Shown: positions 25,046-37,585, numbered from the stretch's first letter. The stretch: DNA of 64,000 bases from Octopus sinensis (GCF_006345805.1 NC_043016.1:12586001-12650000), one strand, 5' to 3'. Notes: generated by a model not told the origin, from the sequence alone. Translations and numbers: made by a program.

Positions 25046-28000
25046 TAGATGGCAATCTCTATTTCAATCAACCTGATTTAATGAGGTGGTTAGCTTGCAA
25101 TCCTCAAACCTGTTTGATGAGGAAGTCTTGAGTTTGATGCACTTTTCACCAAGTTGCCTTTGGAGAAAGCATCTCTGGTTGCATTTTAAAGTAAAGACTT
25201 GTGTTATACTGTGAAGTCTTTTGCCTCCCTCGCAATTTAGCCCCACTGGCTTCAATTGTAAATGAAAAGACAGCTTTTTCCAAACTACCAATATCATTGA
25301 ACTACTGTAGGCTTGCAACCATTTGTGTCATTCACAGATCTGAACTCTGAACCTGTGTAATGCAGGCATTCTCAGATGGATAGCAGCTATTTAACCCACA
25401 GAATTCCATCATTGCAAAACGAAATGTTTGCATACGTCAAAATTGTGCTGGCAATGTTTTTAAGTCAACCATGTTGAAACAGACATATGATAAAAAATAT
25501 TCCAGCTGTAGCTATCTTTTTTTTTTTTTGTTTTTGTTTGTTTTGTTTTCAAACATTTATTTTTATCTGGAGTGCACTTTATGTAACATATTTTTTAAAG
25601 ATGGTTGACTGATTTGACTGAGATTTAGTAACTACTACAGCAGGTTTTCCCCACCTCTCTCTCTCATTACCTATATAATTTCACTTTTTTTTTTTCTTTC
25701 AGGATTTGCACTTTTTTCTTGAAGTAATTTTATATTTCAATGCATTTCTTAAAATAATTTTTGTGTACAATTTGCATTTCACCATTTTGTTGCTTTCTTT
25801 GAATTTTAAGTTTCATTTATGCCTTAGAAGTTCTCTTTTGAAAACATTTAGTAAATTATTTTCATACCTAAGATGTGCTTTCTTTGGATTAAGTATTCTA
25901 TGTCATAGTTTAAGAAAAGAAATGTTTTTCAAATTATATTTAAGCATTCAAAATCCCACAAACTGTTTTAACAAGTAAGAGCACTATTTTTATATTAAAC
26001 TTTTGAATTTACCATTATTATCCTGTGTTGATGCTTTCCACTTTAACATTTTTTTTTTCAAAAGGTTTTCATTTAATTTCTCCTTCTCCCTACTAATAAT
26101 CCATTTTGCATCTTCCTTACATTTTTTCTGTTACAACCAAAATTTCCTCGCTTTTAAGATCTTCAACCAATGTTGCCATTCTTTTAACTCCTGAAATTTT
26201 CCACTTTGATTTATATACCATTTGTTTCTGATACCTTATTCAGCAATTTCCCCTCAGGTTTTGCTTGTAATATACCCTTCATACTTCATGTTTCTTGCTT
26301 CTAATGCTTATGTTTGCATTATGCTGTGAACAAAGTCGAAATTTCATACAATATCATGTGGATGATGTCCAAAAAAAAAAAAAAAAAATTTTTTTGATAA
26401 AATTCTTTTTATATTTCATTCTCTCATCACAATAGCACTTAACATCAATTGTTTGTATGGATGGTTGAAAAACAAACCTGAATTTGCAGAAATACCTAAT
26501 GTATATTACCAAACCACTTCCTTACATATCAAATGCAACTAAACTAATATATTTTTACAGTGTATATAATTTAGATTTGTAAACTTCTTTACATTTTACT
26601 TATCGTTTCACTGTAAAATTTTTAAAATATACATACTGTTTCACGGTTAGATTTTCCTTGCATTTTAACTGCAATGGCCAGTTTATATGAAACTCAAAAT
26701 CAATTGTATGATACTCAAATTGTATACATATTGCATTCTGGGTATGAAAGTTTCACAACACCTGGACAAAGAAGAAAATTACAAGGTGTTTTCTGTTTGT
26801 TTGACCCATTTCAATATTGTTAGAAGAAATTTGATATGATTCTATAATCTACTTTTATGTTTGAATGTTAGTTCAGAAAAAGAAAAACAAAAATTAGAAA
26901 TCAATATGGTATGGAGAGTGTTTGTTGGGAATTTATTCTTCTAGTTGTGATCTTTATCTTAGATGACATGGTTGGAGAGATAAAGGTGTTGGGTTTTGTA
27001 TTCAGAGATAATGATTTCAAGTTTCATTGCAGACATTTCATTGTGGTCTCTAGACAAAAACACTTTAAAAATACCTCCACTAAGGTCAGATGGATAAGGT
27101 GTTGGATTGAGTACCCAGAGGTAATGAGTTCAAGTCTCACTGTAGATATTTCATTGTGATTTCTAGACACAACACCTTGTTATCTGTTTACCTTAGCTTA
27201 GATGGGAATAAGAGGTCCAAGACTTTCTGTCAATATTATTGATCTCTTATAAAAAAAAAACTTCTGACCCCACAATATCAAAGAAATGATTCTATTTATC
27301 AAAATACTGTGAGTGAATTAGATAGATGGCCGTTGTTTTTTTTTTCTTTTTTTTCATATCCTTGATGGAATTAGCAAGCTGAAGGGGTTGATGCCTCCAA
27401 TGTGTCATGTTTTCTTCCTATTTATGGTAAAACAGAGTTAGTGGAACAAATAAAGTTTAAAAATAAAAATCACATTTTATTTCTCAGAATTTAGTTTTCA
27501 GGATCTATTTATGCTAATAAAACTGTCCATTTTTCCATATTAACGTGTTGGATGGATCTGTTCCAGTAGAATTGATTGGATAGAGCTGTGGTTATTATTT
27601 TATTAATTCTGGTGGGGTTTCATCTTAAACTGTAGACAAAATTGAAGCATTTTAGCCAGGACTCTGCTTAATGTTTCTGTTTTAATAATTGTTTTCAACA
27701 TACAAGAACAGGAATTTTGAAGGTAGGGGTTAGATGATAAAAATGGACCCCTGTACTTGACTGGTGCTTTACTTTATCTTGGATAAAAAAATGGAAAAAA
27801 TACTGCTTGGCATTTTGTCTAATAATTATGCCAAACTACCATTCATGTTTCTGCTATGATGATGATCCTTTCTGCTATAGGCACATAGCCTGAAATCTTG
27901 TGGGAGTGGACTAGTTGATTACATCGACCCCAGTGTTCAACTTCTACTTATTTTATCAACCCCAAAAGGATGAAAGGCAAAGTTGACCCTGGTGGAATTT

Positions 28001-28379
28001 GAACTCAGAATGTAAGGTCGGATGAAATATCACTAAGCATTTTGCCCACTGTGCTAATGATTCTGCCAGGGCACCACCTTGATGATGATGATGATGGTGA
28101 TAATAATCCTTTATAATTTTTGGTACAAGATCAGTAATTTTGGAGGAAGTGGATAATTGATTGTATCAACCCTAGTGCGTAACTGGTACTTATTCCTATT
28201 GACCGTGGCAAAATTTGAACTATTATTATCAATATCTTAAATAGTTATATTGATAGGTAAACTAAGATTGTTGGCATTGATTTAGGATTCAGTGAAATGA
28301 AATTTAATGGAAGTCAGAAAGTATTTTATTTTTCTAGGGAATATTTGTGAGATTTGAAAGGGTTTTAGGTGTTTAAATT

Positions 28380-28900
28380 CATCATCGACGTCATTGTTTG
28401 ATATCTGTTTTCCACGCTGTTATGGCTTTGATGGTTTGACAGGAGTTGGTCAACCAGAGAGCTGTCTAGACTCTAGTTGTTCGTTTTGGGATGGTTTCTG
28501 TAGCTGGATGCCCTTCCTAACACCAACTGCTTTACCGATTGTGCTGGGTGCTTTTTATGTGGCATCGGCACCTGTGAAGGACAAGTCTGTATGTACAGAT
28601 GGCTGTGGTTTTACTTTGCTTGACATATCTTCTCAACTTCAGCAAATTGCCAGAAGTCTTGGTCCCCTGTCATATACTCTGCGAGGCCCAACATCTGAAG
28701 ATCCTTTCTCACCACTTTGTCCCACGTCTTCCTGGGACTACTCCTTCCACAGGTTTCCTCCACAATTAGAGATCAACACTTAAGCAGCTGTCCTCATCCA
28801 TATGCATCACACGACCAAACCAGCACAGTCTTCTCTTTTGCACACAACATCTGAAGCCTCTTATACCCGGTTTTCCTCCTAAATCCCTTACACTTTATCA
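28380..28900 (-). mobile_element. Older 5'-truncated RTE copy
   Basis: The reverse complement contains GAAGACGTGGGACAAAGTGG (KTWD motif) and the shared 3' tail. Confidence 0.75.
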
Positions 28901-29069
28901 TGATGTTGCAGGATAAACATTTTGAAGGTGGACTTGATTGAATCTTGTGTCTATTGAGTCCTTATAATCCCAGTCATTCATATTATGTATGTATATGGCA
29001 GGAAATGTAATGTCTACACACACATGCACATATACAGTGTATGATTATGTATGTTTATGAAAAAGATTG

Positions 29070-29311
29070 AAAATTAGATACATTTGAATATCTTTATATA
29101 AATACATTAAAAGAAAAACGTTTTTGTTTTACATGTTTCTGTTGTTGAAAAACCTTATCAAAAATATATACTAAAATGGAATTTGTTTTTTTCTCTACAT
29201 ATTCCATTTTAGTATATATTTTTGATAAGGTTTCAACAACAGAAATTTGTAAAACAAAAACGTTTTTCTTTTAATGTATTTATATAAAGAAATACAAATG
29301 TACCTAATTTT
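29070..29311. repeat. Foldback inverted repeat, about 110 bp arms, 18 nt loop
   Basis: 29070-29182 is the reverse complement of 29201-29311 with few differences. Outer pairing TTTATGAAAAAGA/TCTTTTTCATAAA. Confidence 0.92.
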
Positions 29312-29384
29312 AAAAAAGTAGCATTTTCATTCTTTTTCATAAATATTTATTTGTGTGTTACCTCTACATTAAAAAAAAAAAAGA

Positions 29385-32300
29385 TATAAAGTAATTGAGG
29401 TAATCAGAGTAAGTGACAGAATACTTAAGATTAGATTAGTGCTTCATCATAGTTTAGCAACCATTATATCAGCCTATGCTCCTCAGTCGGGGCTACCCGA
29501 TGGACAGAAAGACCGATTCTATGACACTCTACTGCAGACTACCTCATTGACGAACGACAGAGACCTAATCTTTGTGGCTGGTGACTTCAATGGTCACGTG
29601 GACGACATGCTGGGGGCTTCCATGGCGTACATGGAGGCTATGCTATGGCTCCCGCAACGAGGAGGGAACCAGGCTGCTGGAGTTCTGCGATGCAAATAAT
29701 CTTATGATTTGCAACACTAACTTCAGGAAACCTACCAGCCACCTAGTCACTTACCAATCGGGCCAACATACCAGCCAAATTGACTACATCCTTACAAGGC
29801 AAAGGGAGAGATGGCTGCTTATAAATGCCAAAACCTTCCCAGGTGAAGAATGTACCCCACAACATAGACTGGTAGTTAGTGACTTTAGGATCAGGACTAG
29901 GAGGACAACCAGAAGACGACAAATAGGAGGAAGAAGAAGGATCTGGAAGCTTAAAGATCCTGCAAATGGACAGAGATTTAGGGACATATTACTTGAAGCC
30001 TCTGACGAAGTAGAAGGGGATAGAGCATCACAGGGGTAGAAGACAGCTGGACGTTTCTAAGGGACAACCTGCTGAGAGCCACTGACCAGATCTGTGGCTG
30101 GTGCAAAGTCCCCTCTCGACCTAGAATAACGTGGTGGTGGAACAATATTGTAGATAGGGCTATTAGAGAAAAGAGACAGGCTTGGAAGGTCTGGAAAAAT
30201 GGGGGTAGCAGGGAATTGTATCAGACTGCCAAAAGAGAAGCTAGGAGACAGGTTTATTTAGCCAGAGGGGAAGCAGATAAGAAAAAATTTGCCAATGTTC
30301 TGCGCCGTGAGGACCAAAGACTGGAGGTGTTTCGTGTTGCAAGACAGTGTGTGAGAGAGAATCGTGATGTGGTAGGAGAGAAGTGTGTTCGCATGGAAGA
30401 TGGTTCACTTGCGCTAAATGAGGATGCAAAGAGAGAGGTCTGGAGATGCCACTATGAAAGGTTGCTGAATGAAGAAAATGAATGGGATAAGAGAGTCTGC
30501 CGCCGATGTGACCCAACAGAGGGACCAGCTATCCGAGTTGATAGTTCTTGGTAGCTAAGGCAATTAGAAGCATGAAGACAGGGAAAGCCCCAGGCCCATC
30601 AGGGATCACTGCAGAGATGCTCAAAATGTCTGGTAGTGTCGGCTATAGCCTAGTCACCCATATAGTTAATCAGGTGATACACAAAGGGGTCATACCCAAT
30701 GACTGGTGTAGCAGTATAATAGTCAACTGCTACAAAGGTAAAGGTGATGCCCTAGATACAAATAACTACAGAGGTATCAAGCTGTTGGACCAGGTGATGA
30801 AGGTTACGGAGAGGGTCATAGCCCAACTAATTAGAGAGAGAGTTAGTTTAGATGAGATGCAGTTTGGGTTTGTGCCAGGGAAAAGTACTACTGATGCTAT
30901 ATTCCTGGTAAGGCAGCTGCAGGAGAAATACCTAGCCAAAGATAAGCCCCTGTACCTGGCTTTTGTTGACATGGAGAAAGCCTTCGACAGGGTCCCCCGA
31001 TCCCTTATCTGGTGGGCAATGAGAAAACTAGGGATAGATGAATGGTTAGTGAGAGCTGTGCGGGCCATGTATAGGGACGCCGCTAGTAGGGTGAGGGTTG
31101 GAAATGAGTACAGTGAAGAATTCCGGGTAGAGGTAGGGGTCCACCAAGGCTCAGTACTCAGCCCCCTCCTATTTATCTTAGTCCTCCAGGCAATAACGGA
31201 GGAATTCAAGACAGGATGCCCTTGGGAGCTCCTCTATGCTGATGACCTTGCTCTAATTGCTGAGTCGCTCTCAGAACTGGAGGAGAAGTTTCAGGTGTGG
31301 AAACAAGGATTAGAATCGAAGGGCCTCAGAGTCAATCTAGCTAAAACCAAAGTCGTAATCAGTAGGAAGGTAGACAAATCACAAACACCTTCAGGTAGAT
31401 GGCCCTGCTCGATCTGTAGAAAAGGTGTAGGTAGAAACTCTATAAGATGCACCAAGTGTAAGCTATGGACACATAAGAGATGCAGCAATGTCAAAGGAAG
31501 GCTAACTAGGAAGATGGTTTTTGTATGTGGCAGATGCTCAGGAACAATAAACACTGAAAATGCTCTGAGACCAACTTCCGTCACTTTCCAGGGAGAAAAA
31601 CTAGAAATAGTTGATAGTTTCCGTTACCTAGGTGACCAAGTCAGCAGCGGGGGCGGGTGTGCTGAAAGTGTAACTGCTAGAGTAAGAATAGCTTGGGCAA
31701 AGTTCAGAGAGCTCTTAACTCTGCTGGTGACAAAAGGCCTCTCGCACAGAGTGAAAGGCAGACTGTATGATGCGTGTGTACGAACAGCCATGCTACATGG
31801 TAGTGAAACATGGGCCGTGGCTGCTGAGGATATGCGTAAGCTCGCTAGAAATGAAGCCAGTATGCTCCGATGGATGTGTAATGCCGGTACTCACACTCGG
31901 CAGAGTGTAAGTACCTTGAGAGAAAAGCTGGACCTAAGAAGCATCAGTTGTGGTGTGCAAGAGAGACGTTTGCGCTGGTATGGTCATGTGGCGAGAATGG
32001 ATGAAGATAGTTGTGTGAAAAAGTGCCACACCCTAGCGGTTGAGGGAACCTGTGGAAGAGGCAGACCCAGGAAAACCTGGGACGAGGTGGTGAAGCACAA
32101 CCTTCGAACTTTAGGTCTCACTGAGGAAATGACTAGAGACCGAGACCTCTGGAAGTGTGCTGTGCGCGAGAAGACCCGGCAGGACAAGTGAGTCCACAAA
32201 CCGTGGCCTTCTACATGGGATGGAGCCAGCCTACGTATGCATACCTTCCTTCTTGGGACACAAAACTCTACTTGTGAAGACGTGTTGAGGCAAGTGAGGA

Positions 32301-32785
32301 TCAGAATCGAAATCGATCAATGGAAATTGCGGATGTGCTACCAGTGCCGGTAGCATGTCGAAACTCTGCTTGTGAAGAAGACCATTGAGGCAAGTGAGGA
32401 TCAGAATCGAAATCGATCAATGGAAATTACAGATGTGTTACCAGTGCCGGTGGCATGTAAGAGAACTTTCCGTTTCGCGACCGTTGCCAGCACCGCCCCG
32501 TTTCGTGTCCGTTGCCAGCCTCGCCTGGCCTCGTGCCGGTGGCACATAAAAAGCACCATCCGTTCGTGGCCGTTTGCCAGCTCTGTCTGGCACCAGTGCG
32601 GGTGGCACGTAAAAAGCACCCACTACACTCGCGGAGTGGTTGGCGTTAGGAAGGGCATCCAGCCGTAGAAACACTGCCAGATTTGACTGGGCCTGATGAA
32701 GCCTTCTGGCTTCACAGACCCCAGTAGAACCGTCCAACCCATGCTAGCATGGAAAACGGACGCTAAATGATGATGATGATGATGA
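29385..32785 (+). mobile_element. 5'-truncated RTE-clade LINE (partial APE endonuclease, RT, PHD finger, 3'UTR, (TGA)n tail) in BCKDK intron 1
   Basis: APE motifs IISAYAPQ, AGDFNGHV, SQIDYIL and QHRLVV across frameshifted ORFs; TWWWN linker; RT motifs GKAPGP, QFGF, AFVDMEKAFD, GVHQGSVLSP, YADD, YLG; RTE C-terminus RLRWYGHV...GRGRPRKTW. Ends in a TGA microsatellite. Confidence 0.95.
30548..32191 (+). CDS. RTE LINE ORF2 reverse transcriptase portion, uninterrupted for 547 codons
   Basis: Complete RT domain with YADD. C4HC3 motif CSIC...CTKC...HKRC...CGRC at 31406-31537. Confidence 0.9.
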   Translation: MVAKAIRSMKTGKAPGPSGITAEMLKMSGSVGYSLVTHIVNQVIHKGVIPNDWCSSIIVNCYKGKGDALDTNNYRGIKLLDQVMKVTERVIAQLIRERVSLDEMQFGFVPGKSTTDAIFLVRQLQEKYLAKDKPLYLAFVDMEKAFDRVPRSLIWWAMRKLGIDEWLVRAVRAMYRDAASRVRVGNEYSEEFRVEVGVHQGSVLSPLLFILVLQAITEEFKTGCPWELLYADDLALIAESLSELEEKFQVWKQGLESKGLRVNLAKTKVVISRKVDKSQTPSGRWPCSICRKGVGRNSIRCTKCKLWTHKRCSNVKGRLTRKMVFVCGRCSGTINTENALRPTSVTFQGEKLEIVDSFRYLGDQVSSGGGCAESVTARVRIAWAKFRELLTLLVTKGLSHRVKGRLYDACVRTAMLHGSETWAVAAEDMRKLARNEASMLRWMCNAGTHTRQSVSTLREKLDLRSISCGVQERRLRWYGHVARMDEDSCVKKCHTLAVEGTCGRGRPRKTWDEVVKHNLRTLGLTEEMTRDRDLWKCAVREKTRQDK

Positions 32786-33545
32786 TATATATATACCCCA
32801 CTACACACACACCACTTTTATTTTTATTTTAAATCTTGTATAACTGTTAATGTTATTTAGCATAAATAACATTTTGTTTGGAAATTACAAGTGTTACTAA
32901 ATTTGGATATTTCATTATAATAGAATTTTATATATATGTATGTATTTTCATTTTTAGCTTTTTTTTTCTTCTGTATTTCTTCTGTTAGTAGTTACTATTA
33001 AAAAGAAGGAAAGTACCTTACCAATCTTGGAGGTAGCCTTTGAAAGGCCTCTAAGGTTAGTAAATAAAAGGTAGGAGAAACTATGACTTCTGGGTTATTG
33101 CAGTATTGGATCGATTTATTTGCAAAGTGAAAAATCTTGTCCAGTCAAAAGGACCAGGTGGAGTCCGCTTTGTTGTAGACTCCACCCGGTCTCTTAGATG
33201 CCTTTGGCAATGTTAAAGTGGTCAATGGATTAACTCTACTACCTAAGTATAGGTTCATTCCAGTTGACTTGCTTCTCTAGTGTTTCCCTCTCTCCAGTTT
33301 CACTTGCACGGCTCAAGTCAGCTTTGAGGCTTATGCCAGAAGGTGTCGTGCAGAAGGATTGCATCCAGAACTGTTTGATTGTAAAGTGAATTTTTTAACC
33401 TCACAGCCAGGCCTGTGGCAATGTTAACTGAATCAGGAGGGGCAGACACAAGATGTTACTACAATTAGGGGATTTAGTGCTTGAATTATAAATATTGCTG
33501 TATTTAAACTGACTTTCCCTTTTCTTTTTTTGTTTTCATTTTTAG

Positions 33546-33614
33546 CCATCTGTTCGTTTGACTCCAGCAGCTATATTATATGCAGGCAAGAATCGAGATG
33601 GAACTCACATACTT
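33546..33614 (+). CDS. BCKDK: BCKDK coding exon 2
   Basis: Polypyrimidine tract and TTTAG acceptor, then PSVRLTPAAILYAGKNRDGTHIL, then GTAAGT donor. Matches BCKDK [23 protein letters not shown]; 69 nt, phase 0-0. Confidence 0.95.
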
Positions 33615-35239
33615 GTAAGTATACTCTCTCTTTGTGTGTGTGTGTGTAATGTAATTATCTTTTTTATCTTTTACTTGTTTCAGTCATTAGTCTATGGCCA
33701 TGCTTGAGTACCACCCTGAAGGGTTTAGTCAAGCAAATCAACCCCATTACTTATTTTTTTAAGCCTGGTACTTATTCTATCAGTATCTTTTGCTGAACCA
33801 CTAAGTTACAGAGACGTTAACAAAGCAACAACAGTTGTCAAGTAGTAGGAGGACACACCCACACAAACACACACCCACGCAACCACACACACACACATGC
33901 AAACACGCAAACGCACGCACATACCCATGCAAACACATGGAAACATGCACCAACGCATGCAAACATGTACACACACACACCATTTAATGTCCAGCTTCTA
34001 TGCTGGCATATAGATGTATGTGTGCGAGTGTTTAATTGTGAATAATAGAAAGAAAATGTTTTTTCGTGTAAGCAAAAGAAATGAAACAAAATACTTTGCA
34101 CAAACCAAGTCCTGGTGACATTGAATCCGGCAGCATATTGCATTTCATGGGTGCAACTGAAAATTTCATCTTGAAGAAGTGTGTATATCTAGGTCATGTG
34201 AGCAAAATTTTTTTTACTAACCCTAATTCAGAATGTTTTTTTTTTTTTCGTTTCCATTGAATATTGTCTCAAAGGAAATCAAAAATCCATTTTCAAATGA
34301 CAGTTTCTGACAAAAAGATTCCTCTTATTTGAAGTTTCTGGCTGTTTATTTTTATTTGATCTTGTATATTTGTCAGGACATATATAAAAATACCATCATT
34401 ACAAATACTGCTGCTACTGCTGCTACTACTACTACTACTACTACTACCTATCTACCAGTCATTGTTTTTCTTTCTTGCTCATCAGAAACAAAAATATAAA
34501 TTTCAGTGGTTTACTCTTAGTTGTTTGTCATTTGACTGTGGCCATGCTGGAGCAGTGCCTTAAAAGAAATTTTTAATTGTAGAAATTGACCCAGGATTTA
34601 TCCTTTGTAAGCCTAGTACTTATTCTGTTGGTCTGTTTTGCCAAATTGCTAAGTTATGGGGATGTAACACACCAACATTGATTGTCAAGTGATGTGGAAG
34701 GGCAAACACAGACACAAAGACAATACATGCATAAATACGCACATACACACACACACACACACACACATATGACAGGTTTCTTCCAGTTTCTGTCTACCAA
34801 ATCCACTCACAAGGCTTTGGTTGGCCCAAGGCTATAAGTAGAAGACAATAACCCAGTACCAAGAGGTTGGGAAGCAAGCTTTTTTTTTTTTTTTTATATA
34901 TACTAAAATGAAAAATCTCCCTCCACCCACAAAACACAACATAAAACCTCGTTGATAGATAAATTGTATTCACCTTTATAGAAACTAAGGTATGTTCTCA
35001 TTGTAATGTTCAGTTTGAACTTTGCACATTTGGTTTGTATGAAACTTGTGAAACCTACTTAGATACACACTTATGTTCCTCCTGTGTCTCTATAATGGAA
35101 TCCTATTTAACCTTTTTTGATACCAAGCTGCCTGAAACCACCCTCGGCTCTATGATATAAACTGTCTATTTTAAAGGGATCTAAATTCAAACCTTTCATC
35201 AAATTTTCTTTTATGTTCCAAACATGCATTTAGTAAAGG

Positions 35240-35510
35240 CAAGCACCATCTGATTGTGGCCGTTTGCCAGCCTCGCCTGGCCCCCGTGCTGGTGGCACGT
35301 AAAAAGCACCATCCGCTCGTGGCCGTTGCCAGCCTCCGGTGGCACTTCAAAGCACTCACGGAGTGGTTGGCGTTAGGAAGGGCATCCAGCCGTAGAAACA
35401 TTGCCAGATCAGACTGGGCCTGGTGCAGCCTTCTGGCTTCCCAGACCCTAGTTGAACCGTCCAACCCATGCTAGCATGGAAAGCAGACGTTAAACGATGA
35501 TGATGATGAT
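35240..35510 (+). mobile_element. Young RTE-tail repeat
   Basis: Same tail sequence, ending in (GAT)n. Confidence 0.9.
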
Positions 35511-36127
35511 GAATTGTAATTAAGGAAATGTATTTCAACAGAAAGGGTCGAACAATAAATGGACAATGAATCTGGATTTGCTTTAAGTTTAGTTTGTTTT
35601 CCATGCTGGTTACAGAAGCAGTGAAATAAATAACTAAATAAATATATAGTTCAAATTGTACAAAAACCAGAAGACAGTAACAGATGATGAGGGGACAACA
35701 GAACAAGGTATATTAGTTTGATGCTCAGGAAAACTGGAAGAGTCTTTGACATTTTGAGCCCGTACTCTTCTTCATAAAGGAATGAAGTGTGAAAACAGAA
35801 GGAGAGAGGAAAGAAAACGGAGAAATAAAGATGTGTCTGAACACATATGCACACACATACACATAAAAGATTTTATCATTTCTTGTAATCTAACTCCATA
35901 AACGTGACTGACAAACATGGGTTCGTTCTTATATGTCAAGATAAATGTTTAGTGGTTAAAAACTAATACTCTTCTTGAACGCATTGCACAAGTGTCAGGA
36001 TATGATGAATAGATATTGTGTGTGGTGGGTTTCTTTATAGCTTGGAAAATGTTTTGATTACTACCTGTTGAATTGGATACTGATTTTAAATCCATTACAT
36101 ATGTATATATGTATGTACGTATATATA

Positions 36128-36397
36128 TATCATCATCATTTAGCGTCCACTTTCCATGCTAGCATGGGTTGGACGGTTCAACTGGGGTCTGTGAAGCCGG
36201 AAGGCCGCATCAGGCCCAGTCTGATCTGGCAGTGTTTCTACGGCTAGATGCCCTTCCTAACGCCAACCACTCCGTGAGTGTAGTGGGTGCTTTTCATGTG
36301 CCACCGGCACAGGTGCCAGGCGAGGCTGGCAACGGACACAAACGGATGGTGCTTTTACGTGCCACCGGCATGGGGGCCAGGCGAGGCTGGCAACGGA
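36128..36397 (-). mobile_element. Young RTE-tail repeat, inverted relative to 35240-35510
   Basis: (CAT)n then TTTAGCGTCC...CATGCTAGCATGGGTTGGACGG. Confidence 0.9.
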
Positions 36398-36918
36398 TAT
36401 ATATATATATATATACACACATACATAAATGTATATGTGTATGTACATACACACACACACACATATATATCAACAAAACAGGAAATTGGAAAAATTTTGA
36501 GTGTTTATTTACCATTACACATGTTTCATTTGCTAATAGAAATTACCAAGAAATACTTGAAAGTGTTTATTATCCTCCTTACTTTATATATATGAGGGAG
36601 AGAAGGAAAATGGGGGTTGAAGAAATCCAGGCAAATACTTTGGTGAGCACTTTCTGCAATAATACTCCATCCCACTTCTACAAGTTTTGCTTGTAGCAGA
36701 CTGTAAAAAAAAAAAAAATCTATCAATATTTTTCATACTTTCATGAAAACGATTGGGGGAATTACTGTTCAATTAATTAATTGATTGATTATCTGTGCAA
36801 ACCATTTTATGATGTGGAAACAGTTTCTCCAGCCATTCAAAACATACAGAAGACAAAAAAATTATTGTGAAAGAATATAATTCTTCATTTTTTTTGTTTG
36901 ATTGTGTGTGTATATATA

Positions 36919-36976
<58 letters not shown>

Positions 36977-37379
36977 GCACACATACATTATATATTATTA
37001 ACACATGTTTAATATATATGTATGTATGTATAATGATATGTAAAAGTAATATCCAAGGATTCAGGTGTAGGAAGTTAGTAAGCTTCAAGCAGCTGGTTAG
37101 TTAAAAAGTTCCATTTTCAATTCCCTGTTGACCCAGGATATCACCTGGAAAATTTCAATTCAGAAATATTAATAGCATGTCCAAAGATCAGGAAATCCTT
37201 CTGAAAACCGATATCACTTATCAGAGTTATGTAGAATAATTTTATGAGAAATTGCAGTTTATGATTATAACTTAGCATTTTGCTAAGAAGGTTGCACCAA
37301 TCAAAGCCTTTATTTAATTTAATTTTTTCTCTCTTAGAAAAGTTAACCAAATACTGGCTAAAATTTGGCTGGTCTTGTG

Positions 37380-37585
37380 CCTCCACCATTCTGGCATCCC
37401 CATCCCATTTGTTATTCACCTCCACATCACTTATGGAGCACCTAACCCTCTTGCTTCTTCACTAACCATTACACTCCAATCCTTGTTCCCCAGAATACCT
37501 TCTCTCTGGAATCTCCTTCTAGCTCGTGTCTTTCTTGTAGGGTTTGACACACAATGGCTTAAATGAAGCATTTAAATAAAAAATC
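37380..37585 (+). mobile_element. Short non-LTR retrotransposon 3' remnant (CR1/Jockey-like)
   Basis: SLFPRIPSLWNLLLARVF...K resembles the FFPRT..LWNSLP..VF C-terminal motif. Confidence 0.45.

Noticed and set aside
30766-31209. 147 aa minus-strand ORF and other antisense ORFs in the LINE
   Set aside because: Shadow ORFs of the RT coding strand, with no recognisable motifs.
36169-36696. Recurring 'MDGSTGVCEA...' ORFs (also 19190, 32438, 35171) resembling a small gene family
   Set aside because: Antisense translations of the RTE 3'UTR repeat.
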